From assembly GCA_951406725.2 (NCBI GenBank), contig OX597820.1:125736001-125800000 (forward strand): a DNA stretch of 64,000 bases. The letters run 5' to 3'. Both the position numbers and the translations under genes were made by a program. Positions 27,296 through 41,093 of this stretch are shown piece after piece. The notes under the pieces are model-generated. The model saw nothing but the letters and a program-made list of their open reading frames with translations, was not told where the DNA came from and searched no databases. Source of the DNA: Octopus vulgaris (Eukaryota). Position 1 is the stretch's first letter, and each line of letters starts with the position of its first letter.

Positions 27296-30200
27296 AAACT
27301 TTTTAGTGCGGCGGGAAAAAAATTTTAATAGAAAATGGGCCACGGCGGATCACAAGTTCTGACACTTGTAGCTGTGTATATATCTATGCATAATTTGATA
27401 TACATTAATAAAGATAAGTTTAACACATTGAATTATCGCGTAAGATCTTCATTAACGCCGCGGCTAAATTTAAGACGTTTATATTACTTATGAGGTATTC
27501 TATATTTTTCAAAATATACCTATCTTAATGTTGGACAATTCATAATAGTCAAGCACAGACCGAATTTAATTTTAAAAAATTACATTAATACGTAAATAGT
27601 GTTATGTGTAAATGACATATTTAAACAAATTTATCATATTGGTAATTTTATTAAATCTAATTAACCTTAACTTTAAAATTTGGCTTTGCTTAGTGAGAAG
27701 GATGAAACTACTTTTCTTTCTTTTTCTGAAATTTTAAGAATATGACGTCTTTGAAGAAATTGCTATTCTTAGTTCATTTCTCATGTTTTCGTTAGTAAGT
27801 GTGGCGCAATGACGGTCTTTTGCATCTTTGAATTTGGTAAAAAAAAATTACTCATATTTATAAGTTGTCGAAAATTGAGTTACAAATTTCAAGGCATTTT
27901 CAGGTAAAGCAGGATTAATTCATTTGTAGAAGTCCAATAAAGATAGATTACTATATTTCAATTTTATTAAGTCACGCGACTGCAAATAAATTAATTCTAA
28001 TTGTAAGGAATCCGGATCCTTCTCAGGACACATGTCAAAAGGTGTCTCAAAAATACGTAGTTTGATTTTATGTTGTATTTCTTCAAATCTACTTTCAAAT
28101 TTCTTCAAAAGATTTCCACACTCGTCACACTATTCTTTTGTTGATTTGCGATTTTGTCCGCTGAATTTCGGAAAATGTGCGAAGCACTTTCTTTTCAATT
28201 GTGTGGCAAATAAATGAAGCATCGATTCAAAGATTTTGATATGAGAAAGCTAACTGGTTATTAGCTGATTGAAGCCTTGTAGTTTCAAGTTCAAATTATT
28301 TAAATGACTAGTTATATGTACTAACATTTTAAAATCATTTTGAAACATTTTATCTTCCATTTCTATAATAGGAACACCAATAATATCCATAAAAAATTTT
28401 ACTTCTTCCTTCAGTTCACAAAATCGCTTAAGCTTTTGGGCCTTACTTAACCACTTTACTTCACAATGGTACAAAAAATCCCCATATTCAGCTGCAAGAT
28501 CTTTCAATAAATCTTTAAATTATCTGTTAACCAACCCTTCCCTTTTTATCAAATTATGGGTCTTAGTTACAACTTTCATTACATTTCCCATTTTCAGAGA
28601 TTTTCCACATAAACTGTCCATATGAATAAAGCAGTAACACAAAATTAAAGATCCAAAAGGTGCCTCTTAAATTCGTTCTTATTCAGAGCTACGAACCCTT
28701 TTTCGCGACCTACCATAGATGGAGCGCCATCTGTAACAAGACCACACATTTTTTCATATGGTAAATCAAACTCTTTCAAGGCTGAGTTGACTATTTGAAA
28801 TAACTCTTCACCTCTAGTTGTTCCATGCACTGATTTCAAGGCAGGAAATTCTTCCCGAATGTTGAATTTTACAGTTAATCCACGTATAAATATTGCCATC
28901 TGAGCAATGTTAGACATATCAGTTGCCTCATCAATAGCTAACGAATACAATGCGAATTCTGGTGAATCACATTTTAGAGAATTTTGAATGTCATCAGCAA
29001 TATCTTTAATACGATCAGAAACAGTTCGTTTTGATAATCTAATATTTCCAAACAAATTAAGTTTTTCTGGGCATATATTCTCAACAGCAGTAAGAATACA
29101 TTCTTTCACCATTGCTATGTGATTTGAACGTTTTAGCAATATTCTCGTATACCGCATAACTAACTCAAGTATCTGATTAACTTCCAAGAATTGGCCTTTT
29201 AAAATAAGCTTGTCTGTTGGTTAGATTTTCTTTCAAGGAGGCTATCTTGTCAAAACGTTGAGATTATTTCAAATTTGCATACGTCTTATGCTTACTCACA
29301 AAATGCCTCTCTATATTATATTTTTTTATGAACGGCTACTTGTTTGATGCAAATAAGACAAATGATATCTATTTCAATAAAAAAATAAAGCGCAGTCCAT
29401 TTTTCATCAAACACAGCACGTTCACTAGCACTTCTTTTTATAGGATTTTTATAACAGCTTGCCATATTGATAAGGGTATCGAAAAACTGATTTAACAAAG
29501 TTAACACAGTTATAAACCGGTTAAATTTATATTATCAATTTCGGAATTTTTGTTATTACCGCTGCCTGAGAAAAACAAAAGCCACCTGGCTCGTAGTCGC
29601 AATGCATACATTTAGTGTTATAAAAAATAGTAAAAAATAAAGATCTGAAGAAAATTACGATATCATTTGGTTTAGCAAGGTTTAACTTGATTTTTCTTTC
29701 TCCCTTCTCCACACATGTGTTGACAAGGGAATCGATAGGGAAGGGCGATAACTGATAAGCCGATGGCAGATGGAAGTAGCTCCTGTTGACCTTGGCACCG
29801 ACAGATATCAAAAATGCGACACCCCTTTCGAAAATCTTTATTTTTCACCACTTTTTCAGAAAAAAGTTTGTAATATCTTTTTATAATCCTGTTCACTAAG
29901 CACCAAATTAGTAGTGTCTGTTTAGACGAAGCTTTACCAATTTGTTTATGATTTTTAATAGATTTAAAAATATTTTTTGCTTATTGATTGACAGAAAGAG
30001 GGTGACTGTCGATTTGGAAGATTTTTTTCTTAGAAACCCGAAAAATGGAATTGGGAGGAACATTTAAATACTTGAGGGTCTTGGATATTAATAATTTTTA
30101 CACTGTATCTTCTAAAACCCTTCGGCTTTCGTTTCATATAAAAATTATTTCGATACATGCAAGGTTTTTTCACTTACTCGGGTAAAGTGTAGTTGGGGCT

Positions 30201-30458
30201 CAAGTGGGTTGTACAAACCTAGCAATATATTTTATAGTGAACGCAAAATTTCTATTCAAATGGCAATTACTGGAGCATTTCTATTCCAGTCTGAACGTTT
30301 TAAGTTGTAGTGGAATCCCGACCTATGTCTCAAATAGGTATACGAGTATAAATTTTATAATTGAAAAATTTGTACATACGAGTATATCAGGCTGTGGGTG
30401 CAATAAAATGGGCACGTGGATGCAATTACTCCCGAGGGTGGGGCTTTCCCCATCCCTG
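27296..30458 (-). mobile_element. hAT (Charlie/SPIN, GTF2IRD2-like) DNA transposon, decayed
   Basis: Transposase fragments (see next feature). Right end reads CAGGGATGGGGAAAG on the minus strand; TTTTAGGG occurs at both 27288-27295 and 30459-30466 (candidate 8-bp TSD). Confidence 0.7.
27720..29466 (-). pseudogene. hAT transposase pseudogene (GTF2IRD2/SPIN-like)
   Basis: Motifs FDEKWTALYFF..CLIC (BED-like), SLAIDEATDMSNIAQMAIFIRG, GTTRGEELF, VTDGAPSMVG, LYHCEVKWLS, HLNNLNLKLQG, LQLELIYLQ, spread over several broken ORFs. Confidence 0.88.
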
Positions 30459-31180
30459 TTTTAGGGGGATTTTTGTTTCAATTTTGGTATTTCCTCTTGC
30501 TTCGAGGCTCTTGCCCTTTTCTCATTACATTTTACTTATTCCTTCAAAAAACACTCATTATTAATGAAACTATATGGCATTATTGAACTATTTTCACTAT
30601 GTATCCATATAGAATAGACTGATGATGCTGGCCAAACCAAAAGAGTTGAAAATCCATTTTAAGTATTGCATGTATGTAAATAATGCATACCCATGCTATC
30701 TAAGATTCACATGTACTGCTGTTAGTGGCAATAACCTTCTATGTTATTCGTATTTAATAGCCAGACGAACAGGGTATTTACGTAACATTACATTGGTTAC
30801 AATACTGAAGAGGAAAGGAATACAAACTAGATAACAGCTTGCTTTTTACTCTCGACCGAACCAGGTAAAATGATCATAAAATATGCAAAGTAAATGTTGA
30901 AAAGTAAAAGTTATAAGGGCAACAGTACAAGCATGATTATATAACCCTCAAGTATATCATAAGCAACCATAAATTAACAGACCATAGAAAAACTAGAAAC
31001 TGAATACTTTATATTCCTAATTTCGAATACCAACCTCAGTAAAACGATTCCAAAATTCAAGATAAAATTTTTGAAGAAAGCTTTAAGTTAAAGAATACTA
31101 AAATGCTATTATTCAGGATAAGAAATATCAAATAGCTTTCAACTACATTACATTGAAAAAGGTTGCCAATTTTCATGCAG

Positions 31181-31304
31181 AGAAATTCTCTGGCAATAGT
31201 TACAGTTCTTGATTTGATTTTGAATGTAAATATTATCAAGTCTGTCGGCAATGCTCCAAGATATGCAGCTGCGATGGTTATCGAGACAGGATTATTTTTA
31301 TTGG
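31181..31304 (+). other. Candidate isolated host coding exon (hydrophobic peptide)
   Basis: TTTTCATGCAG| acceptor and |GTGAGA donor; open frame RNSLAIVTVLDLILNVNIIKSVGNAPRYAAAMVIETGLFLL; no homology recognised. Confidence 0.25.
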
Positions 31305-31325
31305 GTGAGAGAGCAGTGCATGACA

Positions 31326-31346
31326 TTTATTATTATTATTAGTAGT

Positions 31347-31418
<72 letters not shown>

Positions 31419-31457
31419 TTTATTTTTATTTTTATTATTTTCATCATTATTATTATT

Positions 31458-31498
<41 letters not shown>
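31326..31498. repeat. (ATT)n/(ATC)n compound microsatellite
   Basis: Directly visible. Confidence 0.95.
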
Positions 31499-31926
31499 GA
31501 ACATCCTTACAATTGGTCAGGCGAAAAGTTTTCGATTAACTTCGACATTTGTACAATGTTGAAAACTTTACTACAGATGGTAATTATGATGACATTCTTA
31601 AATTTACTAATTCAAATGAAATGCTACAGAAGTTTTGCTAATGCAGAGGTATGCTGTTATATACATCAAATAAATCATAAAATATTTCAAAGGGTTAGTT
31701 GAAAATATGCTTGCTATGTATAACGTAAATTTGGAAGTATATAAAGCATTATATTTTGCTTTCATGTGGATTATAGCCAAACTTCATGAAATTTGCCAGG
31801 TAAATTAAAAACTAGATGAGACATGTAACGAAAATCGAAGTGTTTAAGTTGCACAGTTAGGAAGGTATATGCATCCATGTAATGTTCGTATGTATGTTCT
31901 ATGTGTATACGTACATACACGTATAT

Positions 31927-32063
<137 letters not shown>

Positions 32064-32093
32064 GATAGATAGATAGGTAGATAGATATACATT

Positions 32094-32124
<31 letters not shown>

Positions 32125-33050
32125 TCATATATATATATACACACGGATACAGACATATGTATGTATATATACATTTATTTATATATATATATATAGATAG
32201 ATAGATATACATTATGTATGTATGTATGTATATCCGTGCTTGCGTTTTCGTGCGTGTGTATCCACTTTGCAGCGTATCTTCATGAACATTCTTAGGTATT
32301 TGTGGTTAAAGCCGTATATCTCAAGACAAGGATCTCGGCTAATGAAAATCTTTTGTATGTCATTTTAATGCTTGCAGAAAATGAGTTCATACACTGAGTT
32401 GATACGTTTTCACACATCATCTAGTAAAGATAAATAATTCTTATTGTGTTGGGAATATATTTCCGAGAAACCTCTCAAAACCTTGTGTAAGCTTCAAACA
32501 TAAATAATTATAGACTGAACAGCCACACTGCCACGTAATTCGCTTAACGGTATTGTTCTCTGAAAAAGCATCGAAACGTGATCAAGGAAACGCCGAACTA
32601 GGCTGCAGAGGTGCAAGCTACAATCAACATATACAGTCTACGGCATCAACGAAAATATATAACGTATCTATTCAACTATATATCTATATAAAACGCTTAA
32701 TGAATCGTTTGAAATATTAACATGAAATTTTTCCATAGGGCATTTTTGCGTGCGAATAACGTAAGTATCCAAAAAGTGTCGGCTGAAAGTTACGCAAAAA
32801 TTTGATGAGTCAAGGTGCAACTCAACATAGTTATTTTCGTATATGCATGATTCTATAGAATATGCATTTTTTCCAGTTAGGAATGTTCAAAATACCCTCC
32901 ATTTGAGTGTATTATTATAGCATGGTCTGAATTGTATAACTTTATTCAATGTATTATTCAATATGTCTATCAACCTATATTTCTGTATGTCTATATCTAT
33001 GCGTATATCTATATATGCATACATACATACACACACACTCACACACATTT

Positions 33051-33097
<47 letters not shown>

Positions 33098-35804
33098 TTA
33101 CGTATGTTTTTATGAATGTACGTATGTATGACATATGTATGTATATATGTACGTATGTATGTATGTGTGTGTGTGTGTGTGTATATATAAATAACCATAT
33201 ATAAATAATCACATATTTAGTAAAGTTATGCAGTTCAGATGCTGTTATAAAAATGGACTCCAATAGGAAGTATTGCGAATGTTCGTAACTGGAAAACAAA
33301 TGTGCTAAAGAAATCAGTGTACAGGTATGTTGTTCTATACATCAAATCATATCATGTTTCAAAGGTTTATATTTCAAATACGCTTGTTATGTCTTACCTA
33401 AGTTGGGATGTGCATAAAGCTTTATATTCTCCTTTCATCTGGAATATAGCCAAATTTTATGAAACTTGCAAAGGTAGATTATAATCCGCATGAGATATAT
33501 GACTAGATTTGAAGTTAAATTTGCACAGTGTATATATTCATATATATATCTGAACACATGTACGTATACATAGATGTATAAATATTGGTAAGTAGGTATA
33601 TGTATCCATGTCATGTTCGTATGTGTATGCGTGTCTGCGCGCGCGTTTGTGTATATATTTAAAAAAAACATGAATTATAGGATGAATAAAATTTCTTTTA
33701 CCTTTGGATATCCGTACTTAACTACAATATTCTCGCAGTTTACTAAAATCTACTAATAATATAGTTTACATTATTAACATGTCTGTATTAATATATATAT
33801 AAATTGTATAATTTATAAATTAATAGAGATGCTAAGCTTGCTCATTAGCTCAAAAGTATCCCATGGATATAATCATACATCAACGGAGTATATTTAAGGA
33901 CAGTGGGTCAAGTTACTGAACATTTTATATGGGATACAATAAGATATAAAATTAATAGAATGAATGATAGAAGGGAGAAGAGAAGTATTAGATATTAAAA
34001 AGATTACAGATGATAATTTTGGTATAAAATAGGTTATATAAAAAATAATCAACAGAAAAAATATGTATAACATTGAAAACCTATAAATAAAAAAAATAGT
34101 AGACATTGAGAAAAAATAGTAAGTGAAACGAAAGAAAAGTTTGTAGAGATTATGTTTACGAAATATAGGACTTAATATAAACAAGAATAGGAATAACAGG
34201 AAATGAAGAATTAGAAGTTTAATGATAGAAGTAAATTGAGAATAGAATGAAATAAGGAATAGAAGTAATAGAATATATATAGAATAGAATATATAAAGAG
34301 AGAGAGACATTCATATATATATATATGGACAATATGTATCTATGTATCTATACATGCATGTGTATGTATGGACAATATGTATCTATGTATCTATACATGC
34401 ATGTGTATGTATGTAAGAATGTATGTATATGAAAGTGTTAAAATTCGATGGCATTTGAACCAAATGCTGAACACTGCTGGCAACGTCCAAACCTGACATA
34501 ATGTTATACTCATAATATTAAGTTAGTGTTCCTCCTTGTCACTAAGAGCATCGTCTCAAACATGTAAGTACATTTAGATTATTGAATTTTCGAGAAAACA
34601 TCTGATTTACTATTGCTGAGAATTAATAATCTAAGATTGAATGAAGAATGCAATTTTACAGTGTAAACTAAGTTTGTCACTTTGAAATATTCAATTTTCG
34701 GTTTCTTGCCTTATATTATTGCTTAACACTAGATCCAGCAGACACGTTGCTAAAGTCATCCTGATTTTTCCAGCAATAGTATGTAAACAGAACTATATCG
34801 GTCAATATGTTGCTCCTTGTTGGTGTATTAATAAATATAATAGCTATATTTTTGGAGAAGTGGGCATTGTTGAGTGAGATATCTAAGTATACGGCTAGAA
34901 ATTTATTTCATGAAAATAAAAGCCACGCTGAGTGCAACCCACTGACATTTCAACTATATCAATGTGATATAAATTTAATCAGAGTAAAACATATATTGAT
35001 GGTTCTGTCATTTCAGCGGTGGTTTTTAACAGCATGAAAATAGAGTGCTTTGTCTGTCGAGATATTATGAATTGCTTCCGTTGTCATACATTGTTCGTAT
35101 TTTCAAATCACTCCTTTCCGAAATCGATTTAATTTATATTATTCCGATTCTAATTCAAGCAAAAATTGCTGCTGTGATTTTATTCTATATTTATATGTAT
35201 ATGTATTTTTATTTGAATATCATCTGAGTTAACAGAAATATCCAAGGGTAATGCGGATTAAGACAACTTCAGTATATGAAGATATTCAGTTAATTAATTA
35301 ATGAACAGGTTATCACTGTCACCACACCTTGCAGTCCTGTCATCACTTCTGCCAAACAAAGCAGCTGTAGCAGTATTAAGAACAGAATTAAGAAAAACGT
35401 TTGAATGTTTTGCAAAGCTATATACGCCCTGGAGTTCCAAGAATTGTTATGGGGGTCTTGGGGGTTCGTCCGGTATTGAAAACAAAAGTTTACCGTGTAA
35501 AGGTAAATGAACAGTGTACGGTAATCTAAAAAATGTCTGATGGTAGTGTGGAACTAAAGCGATTCCTCTATCTCTATGACATAAAATACAGTACAGAAGA
35601 ACCCAATATCATTTCTGAAAATGAGGTGAAGTGATGTTATTATTTTTATATCATCTGTAATGTAATTTGTTTTCTTCGAATTCAAATTAGGGTGAAAATC
35701 ATTGGCGGAACTTTGATCTGTAATTATATTTTTCGTACTTCAAACATCCAGAGAAAATTTTAATTAAAATTATTTATATATGGAATAAGGACATCGAACT
35801 AATT

Positions 35805-36023
35805 AATTAATGGTTTCAAATTTTGGCACAAGGCCAAAAATTTTAGAAGAGCAAAGTCGATTATATGGATGCCAGTAATTGACTGGCAGATAGTATGAAA
35901 TCGACGCGGATAGTATGAAAAACAAAGTCAACTGCTGCGGTATTTGAACTTTGAACCTAAATACAGACTTAATGAATCTATGTTCTTTGTCCTGCGTGCT
36001 AACGATTCTGCCAACTCGCCGCA
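35805..36023 (-). mobile_element. SINE, same family as 2303-2516, diverged
   Basis: Minus strand GCGGCGAGTTGGCAGAATCGTTAG...GTTCAAATACC...GGCCTTGTGCC. Confidence 0.7.
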
Positions 36024-39000
36024 AACTAATTTATTAAGGGACTACCACTGCCACGAGAGCTTACATTATGGTATCCTGTCGAACGTAGCACAAGAAGCTG
36101 CATGACAACCACCAGCTACAGCAATTAAGCAGCATAATCTGTCTCGTTTGAATGCACAACAAGAAGGTGAGCAATAAAGTTAAAATAACTGGACGTGTGA
36201 AGATAGCGGAGCAACTATGAAATAAAGGTATTCCGACCTAAAAGTGTTTGATAGAACTGCGGGGCCCGTCTCTTGAAATTAGGTAAACGGACAATGGACT
36301 GCTTTCTGAAGATGAGATAAATAGCTACTCCACTGCTCGAATAAAATGTCATTAGCTGAGTTCCATCCCGTAAACTATGGGACATCGAGGGCTAAATGTG
36401 TTGGCGGGCAGAGCACTACTTGCAAGAAATAAACAGTGGTGACTCGTGATGTGTATGTTCATAGTGTGTTAATATACAAAGCAAATCAGGAGTATTTCCT
36501 TCTGATAGAAAAGCTACGCTACAATGATTAGTCGACAAGAAGGACGGAAATCGTATCAGAGTTAACTTGAAGTTATCATTCACTTGATTGGACAACAAAT
36601 GGAATGACAGACACAATGCCTGAACTTCTGTGGGTGGGTTGCAAATCGATTACTTCGACCCCAGTACCTGACTGGTACTTATTTTACAGACCCCGTAATT
36701 ATGAAAGACAAAGTCGACAAAGTTGATATTATCGAATGTACGCATATATGTGTGTGTATGTACATGTACATATGTATGTGTGTAGCTATTTGTCTATGCA
36801 TTTATCTATATAGAGAGAGTGAGACTGAACTAGAGTGTATTTCAGAGAGATAAAGAACTAATAGCATTTCGAACAGATTGAGACAAGAAAAAAGCAACCG
36901 ATTGTGGATGTTGCTGGCACGCAATTTGTAATTGTGCTTCTTATTACACAACTTACAAGTATTTCTTACGTAGCTACATAATACCCTATTTCCTACCCGA
37001 GACACATATGCTCTGATATCAATGATTACGAGTGTGATTCGTACGTATTCTATTGTTTTCGGAACGACTGAAATCGGCCTGATTCACTACGATTGAAACT
37101 CACAGTAATAAATTACAAGAAATCCAGTACAATAATTCCATGTTTATTGAATTCCTAATGTCATTTCTTTTCCTTGTTTTACCTGTAAAATACCTACCGT
37201 ATATAGATATAATATTTCGCTATCATTTTGTTTTGTTTTGTTTTGTTTTTTCAATAAGGGACCACACATCGTGAGCTAAGGGAAATGGTGCGAAGAGAAA
37301 ATCGAAACCAACACACAGGATAAATTCACGACGAAATTGTTTCTTTCTCTGCATAGATCACATAACAGTATCGATATTTTGAACGCATATATATGTATGT
37401 ATATATTATTTATTATGTATGTATGTACGTATGTATATATGTGTGTATGTATGTATGTATGTATGTATGTATGTATGTATGTATGTATGTATCCATCTAT
37501 CTATCTATCTGTCTGTCTGTCTATCTTTCTGTCTGTCTGTCTATCAATCCTATAGTAAATCTCTGAGGAGCGAGATGTAACACGGAATCGTAACATGTAA
37601 TTGCTAACGAAGTGTGGCATCCCATACATGAGTGTTACTGACGATTATAGCCCTCGGAGAACATGTCTTCCAAGCAGGCTTTACAAGTCAATTCTCCGCT
37701 TACATTGGTATTAGCATTGCGATGTTTTTATTCTAATCTTTATAAATTCCCGATAGAAGTCAAAGCCAGTACGACAAGCTACGACATTCCGTTTACAAAT
37801 ACGTCTATGCAAATATTCCTGCCACAGATAGAAAAAATAGGTAATGGGTGGATTTTCTTTCTCTCTAGTTTAACCTCAGAGCTGCGGCCATGCTGATGCA
37901 CCACATATTTCAAGAGTTATTGATCTTCTTTCACTTTCTCCTCATCTGAGGTAACAAATATCCACAAAGAATTGCGCTAAATGTGTCGTCAAAAGCTATT
38001 TACTGCATCTGTATCTATTTATTGAGGTCTTTATCGTATGTTTAAATATCTTACGTTCGCCTATTTTAATAAACTCTATATCTAAACATTGAGCAATATC
38101 ATGATAATCTTATCTATATGTATATTCCATAAAGCACTGGGTATATTGCAAATTTGAATGCTTTATACATGTGCATGTGAGTGAGTTTCAATGTGAATGT
38201 GAGTGTATGTATATATTATATGTGTGAATGTATGTATAAGTGTTTCTGTGCCTGTGTATCAATATATTTGTCTTCGTAGTTAGACAGACAACGATATTCA
38301 TGTCAAATATGCCAAGTAAACTAAAAATCTGCCAATAGAATTCGTTTAAATCTTTTCATTATATTATTTTGCTCTATTCAGTCATTCGTAGATACACATA
38401 TAAACAGTTGAAGTGTTTTATTAGAATCTTTCAAACAGCCGTCTGAAAATTCATTTCGGCAACTAATTTTTAGTTGCATGGATTTCCATTTTCTATACAT
38501 TTGAAATGGCAACTATAAATCAACGTCGGTTGTATATTCTAAGGTAAAACATTCCAGCAGATGCGGTATTGTTGAAGGGGAATGTCAGCAAGTTTTCTGT
38601 AAAGTCAAACAGTGATAACTAAAATCTATAAAGCAGCTCGCTACTGATTGATCCGATAGTAAAATATCGGAATATCTGAACGGGATTACTGGAGTATATG
38701 ACACTGTTACTGATGAAGCTGATAAAAGATATCAGTGCAAAACAGCTCAACGGAATTCAATAGCTTTTCAATTATAAACCAGATGAAAATAACAGATTAG
38801 TGGTGTTTGCAAATTCTGGAGAAAGAAACAAGGGTCAAGTGAAACAGGAAAGAGTGGTGGTGAGAGATATGGATAATCAGAGGAAAAGGAAGAACGAGAA
38901 AGAAAAAAACACAAAAAGAAAGAACGAAAGAAAATGTAGCAAAGGAAAACGAGCAAATCAAAGTTTTAGGTATAACGATAGATAGTAAAAGAGAGAAAGT

Positions 39001-40341
39001 AGGAGATAAAAAGTCGGGAGGAAAAAGAACAGAAGGTGAATGCAAGAGATGTGGCAAGAATGAAAGCAGGAAAACTGGAAATATAAAAGGAAGAAAATAT
39101 ATAATGAGAAATAAATGAAATAAATTGATGGGTGATTATAAATAACTATATAGTGGGCGGGATTTAGAGAATTTCATTGCTGAAAATGCTGAAAGATCCA
39201 GAAAAAGCAAAAGCGGATATTGGTATGATAAACATTAGGAAACTACGAGATAATATAAAGCGAAAGCTAAGACCACTCTTAAGATGAACGAGGGGAGAAG
39301 AAAAATTATAAAAGCTGGACGTCAAATATTGAAAACATTAAGTGAAGGAGGAGAGGGAAAGAAATCTAGTCGAATGGAGGCCGATAGATAAGTTTCTGAA
39401 AGAGTGACTACATGTTCATGATAGACCGAGAAACGGAAAGAAAATGTATGATGAAATATAGGATTCTATTCTGGAGACAATTTTTTAATGCTACTACCAC
39501 CATGGATTTCGTGGAGATTGCTTGATTGTGAAATACAGAAAAGAAAATCTATTTTACGTTGCCTTTTCACGAATCAACCACTTCATTATAATTAATTGAT
39601 AACTGAATAATTAATGAGAAGCTAAATTCCACAATTTACTGACATGAAGCATAAGAGATGTCATGTAACCAAAATTACTACAGGACTAAGACTTTTTTAT
39701 TTGAACATTCTGACTAGATATTACACAGCATCTTAAAATAAACTTTAAATTTAATTACACTATTGACATCTGCGATATTATGTATTCCAACAGGAAGTGG
39801 CATTCTTGTGCAGTTCAAAAACTCTACACAGGTTTGTTAATACCTTAGGCCTCGACCAGTTAATAATAAGACTGGTTGAATCATTGCTCAAATATGGTCC
39901 CTAATAAAGAAAATGCAAGGCAATGAGCACAAATTTAGGCTAATAAACTCCCGACTTACCGTACATGCCGAGTCTTTATTAGTCTTGTTACATTTGCTAT
40001 CAGTAAATATCTAAGATCTAAGGTTATCAGGGCTAAGAAAAAATATATTATTGGTATATAACATTAGTACTAAATAGAATAACAGTTAGTCTAATGTTTA
40101 TATATTTTGATATATGCAGAATTATAAAGCCCATTAGAATCAAAGAATTATGGAGAGGGGCGGAAGCAGAGGATCGAAAGTCATTGATCATATAGGAATG
40201 GGAGGAGTTATACAAGTCATAAAGTTCTGCAACTCCTCAAAATTTTAACTTTACGGTAATAGAGCTCTCGAAAATTAATTGTTTAATTCATCATTTTTGT
40301 ATAAGCAACAAGGAATATTACAAAAGTAAATTTCAGCAGTT

Positions 40342-40721
40342 TACTCCTTTTCTTTTACATGTTTCAGCCGTTAGACCGCAGCCTTTTGTCAAATGAATTG
40401 ATCCCAATACATTTTAAAATGTGGTACTTATTCTATCGAGCCCTATTGCCGAACCTCTACGTTATAGGGACGTAAACACACCAGCATCAGTTATCCTGAG
40501 GTAGTGGAGAGACGCACACAGACACACATAGATGTATGTGCATGTGTGTGAATGTGTGTATATGACGGGCTTCCTTCAGTTTCCGTCAGGTAAATCTACT
40601 TACAAGGCTTTGGTCAGCCCGAGGCTATAGAAGACATTTGCCCAAGGTGACACACAGTGTGGCTGAACCCCAAACGTGTAGTTGGGAAATAATCTTCTTC
40701 CAACTGAACCACAACCGCGCC
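40342..40721 (-). mobile_element. SINE, dominant family, diverged
   Basis: Colinear similarity to 21903-22305. Confidence 0.8.
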
Positions 40722-41031
40722 TGATTCTAAATATACTAGTCACTAGTTAGAATTATTGTACGTCTAATCTTTACATTTTACATGGGGGAAAATATGCTTC
40801 CCAAGTTATTCGTTACATGATGGTGCAAGAATATATTCTTTTTATAAAAGTATGGGACCATCATTCGGACTGCAGTCTTAAATAAAGTTCGATCACGGCT
40901 GATCTGAGATAAAACATTAACAAATCAATATGAACAACCACACCACCGACAAAAACTACCAAAGTCATACCGTGCCTCGGGTATAAATACTAAGTTTTGC
41001 GAAACCTGTTTTTTTATATTTGTTCAGATTA

Positions 41032-41085
<54 letters not shown>

Positions 41086-41093
<8 letters not shown>

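Noticed and set aside
33894-34310. 138-aa hydrophobic ORF resembling a mitochondrial or membrane protein
   Set aside because: Product of strong T-rich strand skew (F/L/I/Y codons); no conserved motif.
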